This document shows positions 1 through 9,129 of a stretch of DNA of 64,000 nt, piece after piece. Each line of letters begins with the position of its first letter. The stretch's first letter is position 1. The position numbers and the translations under genes are program-made. Under the pieces are notes generated by a model that searched no databases, was not told the DNA's origin, and saw nothing but the letters and a program-made list of their open reading frames with translations. This DNA is from Desulfosoma sp. GTDB taxonomy: Bacteria > Desulfobacterota > Syntrophobacteria > Syntrophobacterales > DSM-9756. The DNA lies in assembly GCA_037481835.1 (NCBI GenBank), contig JBBFKW010000001.1, positions 32,001 through 96,000 of the forward strand, written 5' to 3'.

Positions 1-376
1 GAATGTCCGCTTCCACGACGAAGTCCGCTTTTCCGTTGGCATCCAGATCCCTTTGGATCCGGGCGATCTCATCCGCCGAAAGGCCTACTTGGATGAAGGC
101 GTCCGTGGTCACGGGCTTTCGATATCGGATGGTGATTTCCTTGGCCAGGGGGAAGTATTTCCTCGGGTCGAACGTGCAATAGCACAGGGCGCCTCCAGGG
201 ATTTCCGCAAGGGTGAACAAGGCCCCGGCGTACATGGTCCCCACGTGGTTCTGGTTTCCTTCAAACGGTATGCACAGCCGTACGAAGCCGGGGCGCATCT
301 CCAGGCACTTCAGGCCCGCGCGGGCCACAAAGGGAATCGCGGTTTCCACCATCCGCCGAATGTCGTCCATGAGCAT
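1..376 (-). CDS. Hotdog-fold thioesterase (PaaI/YiiD-C/DUF4442-like), runs off the left edge
   Basis: Manual translation: MLMDDIRRMVETAIPFVARAGLKCLEMRPGFVRLCIPFEGNQNHVGTMYAGALFTLAE. The N-x-N-H-x-G-T-x-Y-A-G motif fits the family. AGGAGG RBS at 385-390. Confidence 0.8.
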   Translation of the reverse strand, partial: MLMDDIRRMVETAIPFVARAGLKCLEMRPGFVRLCIPFEGNQNHVGTMYAGALFTLAEIPGGALCYCTFDPRKYFPLAKEITIRYRKPVTTDAFIQVGLSADEIARIQRDLDANGKADFVVEADI

Positions 377-464
377 ATCGGAGACCTCCTTGAGTGTGGG
401 ATCAGGGGGAGCGGGACATCGGGAGTCGTCAGTCGCAAGTCGTGTGTCGTGAATCGGGAGGGCG

Positions 465-821
465 TCAATCGGGAGGACGCCGACGGGTGCGGCCCGCGGG
501 GGATACGGCCACGAGCTGGCGCCGTTCCACGATCATCCAATCGGCGTGCCGTTCCTTTGTGTCGCCGGACAGTACAGCGTCTTCGATGCGAAGGGATTCG
601 TGATCGAAGCCGTCCAGGATGCCTTCCACTTCTTCGCCTGTGGCCAGGTAAAAGATGAGGCGCCGTCCGACCACGTCATGGAGGAACGTGCGCCGCGCCG
701 GCGAGGCCGCCGATTCCGAGCCCCCATGGCGGGCCTCGGATCCCCCTTCCCTTTCCGCGTCCTTCTGGACCACGGTGATGATCGTCTTGCCGTCCTTTTT
801 TTCCACCACGATGCCGGACAT
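465..821 (-). CDS. Sm/Lsm-fold (Hfq-like) putative RNA-binding protein
   Basis: FLHDVVGRRLIFYLATGEEVEGILDGFDHESLRIEDA resembles the Sm1 motif. WMIVERRQLVAV resembles Sm2. Confidence 0.6.
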   Translation of the reverse strand: MSGIVVEKKDGKTIITVVQKDAEREGGSEARHGGSESAASPARRTFLHDVVGRRLIFYLATGEEVEGILDGFDHESLRIEDAVLSGDTKERHADWMIVERRQLVAVSPAGRTRRRPPD

Positions 822-1020
822 CGCCGCCTCGGAAGGTCGTGCAGTCGCCAGTGGGGCACTCGCCCATCGTCAATCGGGAGGGAGGAATCCGTCCCGATCC
901 CAAGGTCGCAGAAAACCACGACCGGGGTCGCTCTGTCAAGGGATCGGCTCTTTTGCCGCCGCTGATTCTCCCGGGAATCGGGGACGTGGACTCAGGGGCC
1001 CAAAGAGCGCGTCCCTCTTC

Positions 1021-2139
1021 CTAGAATTCGTAGGATCTGAAGAGGATGAGATCCGGAACCGTCCGGCGGGCGTACTCTTCCACCTTGGGTCTTACGGAGT
1101 AGACCACGAGGAGCGGCACGAGGCGGCGCCCCAGGTGCCTTCGGACGCGCTCGAGCATTTTCTTGAACCGGTCCACGTCCTTGGGTCCCAAGTGGGCTTT
1201 GCTTTCCCCGATGACCACGACGGATTCGCCGTCCAGGACGCCTTCCCCGTAGATGTTGATTTCATCGTCTTTCCCGTCGGGGTATTCCAGGAAGCGGCGG
1301 TCCATGGCGCCCACATCCAAACCCAAGCGCTGTTTCAGGATGGCCGGCAGGGCCCGGATGGCACGGTCTTCCAGACCGTAGCCCACCGTGTTCGAGAGGC
1401 CGCCCAGTTGTTTTTTCACTTCCCGCATGTCGACGACCAAGCCCCGGACGACTTTTTCCGTCTTTGCCTGTGCGGCGGCGAGTTGTTCCATCCTTTCCGT
1501 GAGGCTGTCCAGCCGCCGTTCGGTGCGCGCCTGCGCCTCGGCAAGCTCCTCCATACGCGCTTCCGTGCGCGCTTGTGCCGCGGCGAGTTCCTCCAAACGC
1601 GCTTCGGTACGGGCTTGAGCGGCTGCGAGCTCCTCAAGGCGCGCTTCGGTACGGGCTTGCGCCGCGGCAAGTTGCTCGACTTTTTCGGTGAGGGCGTCGA
1701 GCCGCCTTTCCGTGCGGGTTTGGGCCGTCGCAAGCTCCTCCATACGCGCTTCCGTACGGGCTTGCGCGGCCGCCAGTTGCTCGACTTTTTCGGTCAGCGA
1801 GTCCAGCCGCGCTTCCATGCGGATTTGCGCGGCCGCAAGTTCCATGACCTTTTCGGTCAGGGCCTCCAGGCGCTTTTCCGTCAAGGCTTGAGCCTGGGCA
1901 AGTTGGCCGACTTTTTCGGTGAGGGCGTCCAGCCGCCTTTCCGTGCGCGCCTGAGCCGCTGCGAGTTCCTCGAGACGTGCTTCCGTGCGGGTTTGGGCCT
2001 CTGCAAGGTCCCTGACCGCAGCGGTGAGCGCGTCGAAATCCTCGCGGGTCACCCGGATTTCGCGCACCCGCTCGTCGATGATCGTGACGATCGCCTTGTA
2101 AAGGTCCCCTGTCAGGCTAAGTTCCGTTCCCTGTGTCAC
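1021..2139 (-). CDS. Long coiled-coil repeat protein with C-terminal PD-(D/E)XK nuclease-like domain (DUF3782-like)
   Basis: Heptad modules EELAAAQARTEARL and DALTEKV. The C-terminus has DEINIYG...VIGESK. Confidence 0.75.
   Translation of the reverse strand: MTQGTELSLTGDLYKAIVTIIDERVREIRVTREDFDALTAAVRDLAEAQTRTEARLEELAAAQARTERRLDALTEKVGQLAQAQALTEKRLEALTEKVMELAAAQIRMEARLDSLTEKVEQLAAAQARTEARMEELATAQTRTERRLDALTEKVEQLAAAQARTEARLEELAAAQARTEARLEELAAAQARTEARMEELAEAQARTERRLDSLTERMEQLAAAQAKTEKVVRGLVVDMREVKKQLGGLSNTVGYGLEDRAIRALPAILKQRLGLDVGAMDRRFLEYPDGKDDEINIYGEGVLDGESVVVIGESKAHLGPKDVDRFKKMLERVRRHLGRRLVPLLVVYSVRPKVEEYARRTVPDLILFRSYEF
1447..2034 (-). repeat. Intragenic tandem 42-bp and 21-bp modules
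   Basis: Eleven 14-aa modules and six 7-aa modules counted in the translation. Confidence 0.9.
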
Positions 2140-2468
2140 GGTTTTTTCCTCGGATCTGCGGTCCTTCTAAACACCCTCTTCGCCCTTTAAGGGCGTATGG
2201 CCGTCGGCCTGGGCTCATCCCGTGCCTTACCAGGACCTGCTCCCGGCGGCCATGCCCCCCTTTTTCGGATTGCGTCCGCGGGCGTCGAATCGGCCTTATG
2301 GTCCAGATAAAACCCCATCACGGGCAGCCCGTGACAAGGAAGGATGAGAGTCTAGTGGTTACGGTGTCTTACGGAGACTTTCATATAAGATTCTCGGACA
2401 AGCTCCCGGGGGTTCGAGTTTCATCCTTTGTTGCGACACCGCGACGTGCTAGCGTATCCCCGATTTTT

Positions 2469-2560
2469 GTTGGGGTTCGCTGCGCTCACCCCAACCTACA
2501 TTTGCCGGCCGACATCCTTGAATAAATTCGTAGGTTGGGGTGAGCGAAGCGAACCCCAAC
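2469..2560. repeat. Inverted pair of 31-bp GTAG-type REP elements (REPIN-like)
   Basis: gttggggttcgctgcgctcaccccaacctac at 2469-2499 and gtaggttggggtgagcgaagcgaaccccaac at 2530-2560. Confidence 0.9.
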
Positions 2561-2961
2561 CCAGAACTGGATCCGGCGAGACAATGAACCCTGAAAGTCC
2601 TCCCCTTCCAGATTCCGACCGCGACTTTGATATAAACCGAGCACGGTCCGGGGGTCAATGGGAGGTCAAGACCGCGGCAAAAGGTCGGCGCATGCCCGAT
2701 ACGGCTCAGAGGGGATCGGCGTGTGCCTTGCGGGGCCGGCTTTCGGCCTCCCGATCAGGGCGCGTGAGCGGCCCGCCGGACGCACTGGCAGCCGTCGCAG
2801 CGGCAATGGCCGGTTCAAAGACAGTCGACCTCAGAGCGCAAGGAGGCTTCACTTTCCTGTTTCGTTCTTTCACCGAGGCGGAATAAAGGTTGGAATGCTT
2901 TCCAACCCCTGCCCATATCAGCCCTTGCATCGGGACCATTCGGGAGGCGAGGAGGAAGGAG

Positions 2962-3039
2962 TGGCGTCCCCAGCCGGATTTGAACCGGCGTTGCCGGCGT
3001 GAAAGGCCGGTGTCCTGGACCTGGCTAGACGATGGGGAC
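2962..3039 (-). tRNA. tRNA-Glu(TTC)
   Basis: GTCCCCATCGTCTAG...CCGGC-CT-TTC-AC-GCCGG...GGTTCAAATCC...GGGGACGCCA. Confidence 0.97.
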
Positions 3040-3052
3040 GCAACGTGCGGGC

Positions 3053-3082
3053 TCTATAGCAACCGACCCGGCGCGGTGTCAA
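3053..3082 (-). promoter_or_regulatory. sigma70-type promoter for tRNA-Glu
   Basis: TTGACA (3082-3077), 18-nt spacer, TATAGA (3058-3053) with an upstream TG. Confidence 0.7.
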
Positions 3083-3210
3083 GCGCGAAATGCCTCAGGA
3101 GTTCCGGGTAAGCTTCACCCGTGCCCTGACATGCTGGCTCGGTCCCGCGGCTTCCACCCACACTCGACGTGCGGGCACTTCAACGACGACCCGGCCGTTG
3201 AAGCCTCTTT

Positions 3211-3286
3211 TGGTGGGCCGTGCAGGATTCGAACCTGCGACTCTCTGCTTAAAAGGCAGATACTCTACCGACTGAGTTAACGGCCC
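3211..3286 (-). tRNA. tRNA-Lys(TTT)
   Basis: GGGCCGTTAACTCAG...TCTGC-CT-TTT-AA-GCAGA...GGTTCGAATCC...CGGCCCACCA. Confidence 0.97.
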
Positions 3287-3583
3287 CCGGATCGCCGCGG
3301 TGCAAAAGACCGCCCGAAAACCGCGCCTTCCTAACACGAACCCTTGCAGGTGTCAAGGCGCAAGATGGCCCGCCGGGCGACGCACAACTTCTTGGGATAA
3401 TTTGAAAATCCCATTTTCAAGGCCTGTCCCGACGGCTCCTTTTCGCCCCTCTTTCCGCTGAAAGCCGCCGGATCGGTGCCGCACGGCCCAAGGATCCCCG
3501 CGGGGCGGCTCCCCGGCACCCTGTGTCCCACCCTCCGGGATCGGCCCCGCGCAGGGGTCCGAGCCCGTCCGAGTCGCCGATCT

Positions 3584-4957
3584 TTACGGTCTTCGCCGGG
3601 GGGTTCCTCGAGGGGCCGCATCGGGTCGGCCGGGGTCATTTCGCCGGGATCTTTCCCTGAAAACCAATCGCACGGGCGTTTTGTCCATGCCGAAGGCTTC
3701 GCGGAATTGGTTCGTGAGGAACCTTTCGTAGGAAAAATGAACCCTTTCCGGCTCGTTACAGAAGACGACGAAGGTGGGCGGCCTCGTGGAAGCCTGCGTC
3801 GCGTAGTAAAATTTCAGGCGGCGCCCGGCGACCAAGGGAGGTTCGTGCTTGGCCGTGACGTCCGAAAGCACCCGATTCACCGCCCCCGTGGTCACCCTCT
3901 TGTTGAACTGGTCGAAAATCTCGCTCACCATGGGAAAGACCCGGGACACCCTCTTCTTGTGCAGGGCGCTTAGAGTCAGGATGGGCGCAAAGGGCAAAAA
4001 CCGGAACCGATCCCGCACGTCTTCCAAAAAGAGGCGCAACCGCTTGGGATCCTTGGGAACGGCGTCCCACTTGTTCACCGCAATGAGGCATCCCCGGCCG
4101 CGCTCCTGCACATAGCCGCCCACGTGCAGGTCCTGGTCCGTCACGCCTTCCACGGCATCCACCATGAGGACGACCACGTGGCTTCGGTCGATACTTTCCA
4201 AGGCCTTGACGACGCTGAGCTTTTCCAGCTTTTCCCGGGTGCGCCCCTTGCGGCGGATGCCGGCCGTGTCGATGAGGAGAAACCGCCGGCCCAGGGCTTC
4301 CACGGGGGTGTCCACGGCATCCCGGGTCGTCCCCGGAACGGGGCTGACGATGACCCGTTCTTCCCCCAGCAGAGCGTTCACCAGGGTGGATTTTCCCGTG
4401 TTGGGACGGCCCACGACGGCGACGCGGATTTCGGGGTTTTCCTCGGCGGTGTCGTCTTCCCACGGAACGGGAAGGGCCTTCGTCACGGCATCCAGAAGGT
4501 CGGCCACGCCCAAGCCGTGGGCGGCGCTCACCGGGTAAATCCTTTCCACCCCCAGGGCGTAGAATTCGGCGACGTGGACGTTCTGTTCCCGGCCGTCCAC
4601 CTTGTTGACGGCGTAGAAGACGGGTTTTTGGGACTTGCGCAGGAGGTCCACGAGTTCCCTGTCGTTGGGATGGAGCCCCGTTCGGGCGTCGGCGAGGAAA
4701 ATGACGGCGTCGGCTTCTTCCAGGGCGAGGAGCACCTGGCGGCGGGTTTCCTCGGCGAAGGTTCCGGCGTCGGGATCCGTAAAGCCGCCGGTATCCATGA
4801 CGATGAAGCGGCGATCGGCGTATTCGGCGGGGGCGGAAAGCCTGTCCCGGGTCACGCCGGGCCGATCGTCCACCAGAGCCTGCCGGGTTCTGCAGATGCG
4901 ATTGAAGAGCGTGGATTTGCCCACGTTGGGGCGTCCCACAATGGCCACCACGGCCAT
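3584..4957 (-). CDS. der: Ribosome biogenesis GTPase Der (EngA)
   Basis: Two G-domains (GRPNVGKS, GRPNTGKS, DTGG/DTAG, NKVD/NKWD) and a C-terminal KH-like domain. Confidence 0.98.
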   Translation of the reverse strand: MAVVAIVGRPNVGKSTLFNRICRTRQALVDDRPGVTRDRLSAPAEYADRRFIVMDTGGFTDPDAGTFAEETRRQVLLALEEADAVIFLADARTGLHPNDRELVDLLRKSQKPVFYAVNKVDGREQNVHVAEFYALGVERIYPVSAAHGLGVADLLDAVTKALPVPWEDDTAEENPEIRVAVVGRPNTGKSTLVNALLGEERVIVSPVPGTTRDAVDTPVEALGRRFLLIDTAGIRRKGRTREKLEKLSVVKALESIDRSHVVVLMVDAVEGVTDQDLHVGGYVQERGRGCLIAVNKWDAVPKDPKRLRLFLEDVRDRFRFLPFAPILTLSALHKKRVSRVFPMVSEIFDQFNKRVTTGAVNRVLSDVTAKHEPPLVAGRRLKFYYATQASTRPPTFVVFCNEPERVHFSYERFLTNQFREAFGMDKTPVRLVFRERSRRNDPGRPDAAPRGTPRRRP

Positions 4958-4963
4958 GGTTTT

Positions 4964-5638
4964 TTACTCCTTGTGCGGCAGCAGGCGGACCCCTCGGCCC
5001 CGTTTCAGGCAGCGGGCCAGCAGGCGCCCGAGGGCGGCGCTGGACCGGGGCGGGCGGCCGCCGGTGCGCCGCAGTTCGTCTTTAAGTTCGTTCTTCACCG
5101 TGCGGCATTCGTCTTCTTCGAAGATGCGGCACGGGTTGGGCCGATACGCATGGATGGCGCAGAAGCTTCGGCGCGATCGGCGATCGTGCATGAGAAACGG
5201 GCAAAACCGGTGGCCGTCGCCCAGGCCCTGCCCGAAGACGAACCGCCACGCATCGGGCGGGTTGTGCGGGTCCGGGAAATCGGGAAAGCCGCTGCAGATT
5301 TCGCAGCACAGCCCGCAGTGGTCGCAATAGGATTCGATGCGGGATCGGTCGGGACCGTCGTCCAGGCCGCGCAGGGCGGGCGCACAGCCCGGGTCCCGGC
5401 CGGGCGCGCCGCGGCCTTCTTGGAGGAGTTCTTGGAACCACCGAAGCCGTTGGAAAATCACCGCCAGGACTCGGGCCGTCCGGCCCCGCTGGGGTTCGCG
5501 CCGGAAGCCGTTTTCCGTGCCGAGGACATTCAGGTTCCGTTCCAGAAAGTAGAGGGGGAACAAGGGATCCCGGAGCACGCGAAGGGATCGACGCAGCATG
5601 CGAAATGGAACACGGCTGTCGGATTTTGAATTTTTCAT
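4964..5638 (-). CDS. YkgJ-like cysteine-cluster (CxxCxxCC) protein
   Basis: CDHCGLCC...CPFL...CAIHAYRPNPCRIF. ATG at 5638 overlaps the tsaB stop (ATGA). Confidence 0.75.
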   Translation of the reverse strand: MKNSKSDSRVPFRMLRRSLRVLRDPLFPLYFLERNLNVLGTENGFRREPQRGRTARVLAVIFQRLRWFQELLQEGRGAPGRDPGCAPALRGLDDGPDRSRIESYCDHCGLCCEICSGFPDFPDPHNPPDAWRFVFGQGLGDGHRFCPFLMHDRRSRRSFCAIHAYRPNPCRIFEEDECRTVKNELKDELRRTGGRPPRSSAALGRLLARCLKRGRGVRLLPHKE

Positions 5639-6345
5639 GAAGATGCCGCCGCCGGGTTGGGGGTCGCCGCGTGCAATTCGGCTTCCGAAGGCCGCACGTA
5701 CAGGGGCATGAGCCGCATGGGGTCCGTATCTGCCCCGGCGCGCAATCTTTCCATGGCGCACCGGCCCACGAAACCCGCGCGAACCCCGTGGAAGGCCGCT
5801 CCGGGGTCCACGGCCCAATCCCCCAGAGCGCGCCGGAATCTTTCGCGGTAAGCCAGCCAGCCGTCCCCGCACAGAAAGGTTTTTTCCGCAATCCACAGGG
5901 CGATTTTTTCCGGGGCGAGAACGGCCGGGGCCTGTTCTTCGATGAGGCCGCCCTTGCCGTCGGGGCGGTAGAGGGCTGCGTAGACTTCGTTTTTCCGGGC
6001 GTCAATCACCGGGCACACGGCCCGGCACGCCACGGAAAACGGTGCCGCCAGGGCGGGCAACGTCCCGACGCCCACAAGGGGTTTTCCCAAAGCCCACGCC
6101 ATGGCTTTCATGGTGCTCAGGCCGATCCGGATGCCGGTAAAACTGCCCGGGCCCGTGGTCACCGCGAAGGCATCTACGTCTTCCAAGAGCCAGCCGGCTT
6201 CGGCCAAAATCCGGTCCACCCCGTCCAGGAGGCGGCGGTTGTGGGTGCGGGCCGAAAGGAGCGTCCATTCGGCAACGACGGCGTCTTCGTCCAGGAGCGC
6301 CACGCTGCCGGACGATGTGGAGGTGTCTACCGCTAGCACTTTCAT
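5635..6345 (-). CDS. tsaB: tRNA threonylcarbamoyladenosine biosynthesis protein TsaB
   Basis: MKVLAVDTST, GPGSFTGIRIG, IDARKNEVY and PLYVRPSEAE. Confidence 0.96.
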   Translation of the reverse strand: MKVLAVDTSTSSGSVALLDEDAVVAEWTLLSARTHNRRLLDGVDRILAEAGWLLEDVDAFAVTTGPGSFTGIRIGLSTMKAMAWALGKPLVGVGTLPALAAPFSVACRAVCPVIDARKNEVYAALYRPDGKGGLIEEQAPAVLAPEKIALWIAEKTFLCGDGWLAYRERFRRALGDWAVDPGAAFHGVRAGFVGRCAMERLRAGADTDPMRLMPLYVRPSEAELHAATPNPAAASS

Positions 6346-6441
6346 GGGTTTCCGTATACCGCAAGCTCAAAAACGGCCCACCGGTCTCGGACCCGGGGCT
6401 AGGCCCCGGGCTACCATCCCGCGCCCTTTCGGGCGTCTCCT

Positions 6442-6472
6442 GTAGGTTGGGGTGAGCGAAGCGAACCCCAAC
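6442..6472 (+). repeat. GTAG-type REP element
   Basis: gtaggttggggtgagcgaagcgaaccccaac. Confidence 0.9.
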
Positions 6473-6578
6473 ACCCTCAAGGCCTCTTTGCCCTAGCCCG
6501 TCACCCGCCCCTCGGGAAGGCGTCGGCCGAACTCCCATTCACGCCTATCCCCTCTTCGTTGGGTTTTCCCGGCCGGGG

Positions 6579-7691
6579 CTAGGGGGTCGGCACGCCCTGG
6601 CCGGAGGGCACGAGCCGCATAATATCGTTGTAAAAAACGAAGATCATGAGGGCGATGAGCACGGCCATGCCCACCTTCTGGGCGATTTCCAGTTGCCGGA
6701 TGCTCAAAGGCTTGCGCCTCACCGCTTCGATCAAGAAGAAAAACACGTGCCCGCCGTCCAAGACGGGGATCGGCAGCAGGTTCAGCACCGCCAGGTTGAC
6801 ACTGATCAGGCCCATGAAGTGCAGGAAGTTCATCAAGCCTTCCTGGGCTTGCTGGCCCGCCATCTGGGCGATGAGCAAGGGGCCTCCCAGGGTTTCCATG
6901 GGCAGCACCCGCTGGATGAGCTTGACAACCGTCATGAAGAACAATTTGGTCAAGGTCCAGGTCTGCTGCAGGCTGTAAAAGACGGCCATCAGCGGATTGA
7001 CCTTTTCCACTTCGAACGAGCCGGACGCCGTAATGCCGATGACCGGCCTTTGAATGGTTTCCCCGAAGATGTTTTTCACTTCCCGAACTTCCGGCGTGAC
7101 CTGGAAGGTGAGGCGCCGGCCGTCCCGTTCCACGACGATTTCAAGGGGCTTGAGACCTTCCCGCTGAATGGTCTGGGACAGGTCGTCCCAAGCTTTGAGC
7201 GGCCGACCGTTGATTTCCAGGACTTTGTCCTTGGGCTGAAGGCCTGCGCGCGCCGCCGGGGAATCGGCCGTGACGGCCCCGATTTCCGTGTTGAGCCGCG
7301 GAAAGCCGTAGAAAGCAAACACCACGGTAAACAAAACGATCCCCAGGACCACGTTGGACAAGGGCCCAGCCAGGACGATGGCCAGCCGTTTTTTGACCCC
7401 TTGGTGCGAGAAGCTCCGTTCCCGATCCCGTGCATCCACGGGCTCTTCAGGGTCTTCCCCGAGCATCTTCACGTAGCCTCCCAAGGGGATGAGCGAGAGG
7501 CAATAGTCGGTTTCCCCGCGCTGGACGCCCACCACTCGAGGGCCGAACCCGAGGGAAAAGCGCAGGACGGTCACCCCCAGTTTTCTCGCGGCCAAGAAAT
7601 GGCCCAGTTCGTGGATGAAGATCAGGACTCCCAGCACGATGACCGTGGAGATGATGGTCGTGACCACAACAGTGTCCTCCTGTGATGCCAT
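6579..7691 (-). CDS. rseP: Intramembrane metalloprotease RseP
   Basis: HELGH, a PDZ domain and NLLPIPVLDGG. Follows dxr. Start codon uncertain. Confidence 0.96.
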   Translation of the reverse strand: MASQEDTVVVTTIISTVIVLGVLIFIHELGHFLAARKLGVTVLRFSLGFGPRVVGVQRGETDYCLSLIPLGGYVKMLGEDPEEPVDARDRERSFSHQGVKKRLAIVLAGPLSNVVLGIVLFTVVFAFYGFPRLNTEIGAVTADSPAARAGLQPKDKVLEINGRPLKAWDDLSQTIQREGLKPLEIVVERDGRRLTFQVTPEVREVKNIFGETIQRPVIGITASGSFEVEKVNPLMAVFYSLQQTWTLTKLFFMTVVKLIQRVLPMETLGGPLLIAQMAGQQAQEGLMNFLHFMGLISVNLAVLNLLPIPVLDGGHVFFFLIEAVRRKPLSIRQLEIAQKVGMAVLIALMIFVFYNDIMRLVPSGQGVPTP

Positions 7692-7828
7692 GATCGCCCC
7701 CGGTGCGAGGGGCGTGGGTCGGCGTGGCGGTTTGGGGTCGTTATTGGGGCTTGGGTGTGTTCATTGCCGGTTGTTGGGATGTCGTCGTGTTGATGTCGTG
7801 TTGTCTCGCCGTGTTGTTGTGTTGTTGT

Positions 7829-7859
7829 GTTGGGGTTCGCTGCGCTCACCCCAACCTAC
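7829..7859 (-). repeat. GTAG-type REP element
   Basis: gttggggttcgctgcgctcaccccaacctac. Confidence 0.9.
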
Positions 7860-7880
7860 GGTCTGGCGGTTTGGTGCGAC

Positions 7881-9107
7881 CTATGGTTCGCGGCTGATGA
7901 GCTCCGGTTGGCGTTCCGCGGTGTTCAAAGGGACGGCGGCGCCGTTGAGCAGGGCCTGGGCGGTGCCGCGGGCCCATCGGTCGGCCTTCTGGACGCGCTC
8001 CACCGTGTCCGCCGCCGTGGCCTCATGGGCGTCCATGACCCGGGCGATGAGCCCGGGGATGTCCGTAAAGCCCAGTCGTCCCGCGAGAAAGGCCTGGACA
8101 GCCGTTTCGTTGGCGGCGTTGAGCACCGCGGGCATGGTCCCGCCGACGCGGGCGGCCCGGTAGGCCAGGCCCAGGCACGGGAAGGCGTCCAGATCCGGCG
8201 GGTAGAACGTAAGCGCCCTCATGGCGAACAGGTCCAGCTTGGGCGCTTCCACCGGAAGCCTTTCCGGGTAGGACAAGGCGTAGGCGATGGGAATCTTCAT
8301 GTCCGGCACTCCCAGCTGGGCGATCACGGACCCGTCCACGTATTCCACCATGGAATGGACGATGCTTTCCGGATGGATATGGACGACCACGGCATCCACG
8401 GGGACGTCGAAGAGCCAATGGGCTTCGATGACTTCCAGGCCCTTGTTCATGAGGGTCGCCGAATCGATGGTGATCTTGGGGCCCATGGACCAGTTGGGAT
8501 GCCGCAAGGCCGCCTCCGGGGTCACGGAGGCCAATTCCCGGCGGTTTTTCCCGAAGAAGGGGCCTCCCGAGGCCGTCAGGAGCAGCCGTTTCACCGCCTT
8601 TGGGGAATTGCCTTGGAGCGCCTGGAAGATGGCGCTGTGTTCGCTGTCCACGGGAAGGAGCCGCCCGCCGGCGGCCTTGAGTCGCCGGGTCACCAGTTCG
8701 CCGGCGATGACCAGCGTTTCCTTGTTGGCCAGGGCGATGTCCTTTCCCGCCTCAACGGCCGCCAGGGTGGGAAGGAGGCCCGCGGCGCCCACGATGGCCG
8801 AAACCACCATATCCACATCATTTAAGGACGCCACCCGGCATAGACCCTCTTCCCCCCAAAGGATTTCCACGGTTCGGTTTTCCTCGGGAAGGATTTTTTC
8901 GAGAGCCCGGGCGGTTTCCTGATCGCAGACGGCCACGCAGCGGGGTCGCACTCGGCGGATTTGTTCCGCGAGCCGTTCGACGTTTCGACCCGCCGCCAGG
9001 CCCACGATTTCGAAGCGATCCGGAAAGGCGCAAGCCACCTCCATCGTGTTGACCCCGATGGATCCCGTGCTTCCGAGGATGCTCAGCCGCTTGCGTCGTT
9101 TCTTCAT
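7881..9107 (-). CDS. dxr: 1-deoxy-D-xylulose-5-phosphate reductoisomerase
   Basis: LGSTGSIG, LANKE, PVDSEHSAI and HPNWSMGPKITIDSATLMNKGLE. Confidence 0.98.
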   Translation of the reverse strand: MKKRRKRLSILGSTGSIGVNTMEVACAFPDRFEIVGLAAGRNVERLAEQIRRVRPRCVAVCDQETARALEKILPEENRTVEILWGEEGLCRVASLNDVDMVVSAIVGAAGLLPTLAAVEAGKDIALANKETLVIAGELVTRRLKAAGGRLLPVDSEHSAIFQALQGNSPKAVKRLLLTASGGPFFGKNRRELASVTPEAALRHPNWSMGPKITIDSATLMNKGLEVIEAHWLFDVPVDAVVVHIHPESIVHSMVEYVDGSVIAQLGVPDMKIPIAYALSYPERLPVEAPKLDLFAMRALTFYPPDLDAFPCLGLAYRAARVGGTMPAVLNAANETAVQAFLAGRLGFTDIPGLIARVMDAHEATAADTVERVQKADRWARGTAQALLNGAAVPLNTAERQPELISREP

Positions 9108-9129
9108 ATCCCTCAAGGCAAGGCGGTCG

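Noticed and set aside
3090..3205. 6S RNA or SRP RNA
   Set aside because: It is too short for a typical 6S RNA and lacks the SRP core motif. Kept only as an unnamed structured candidate.
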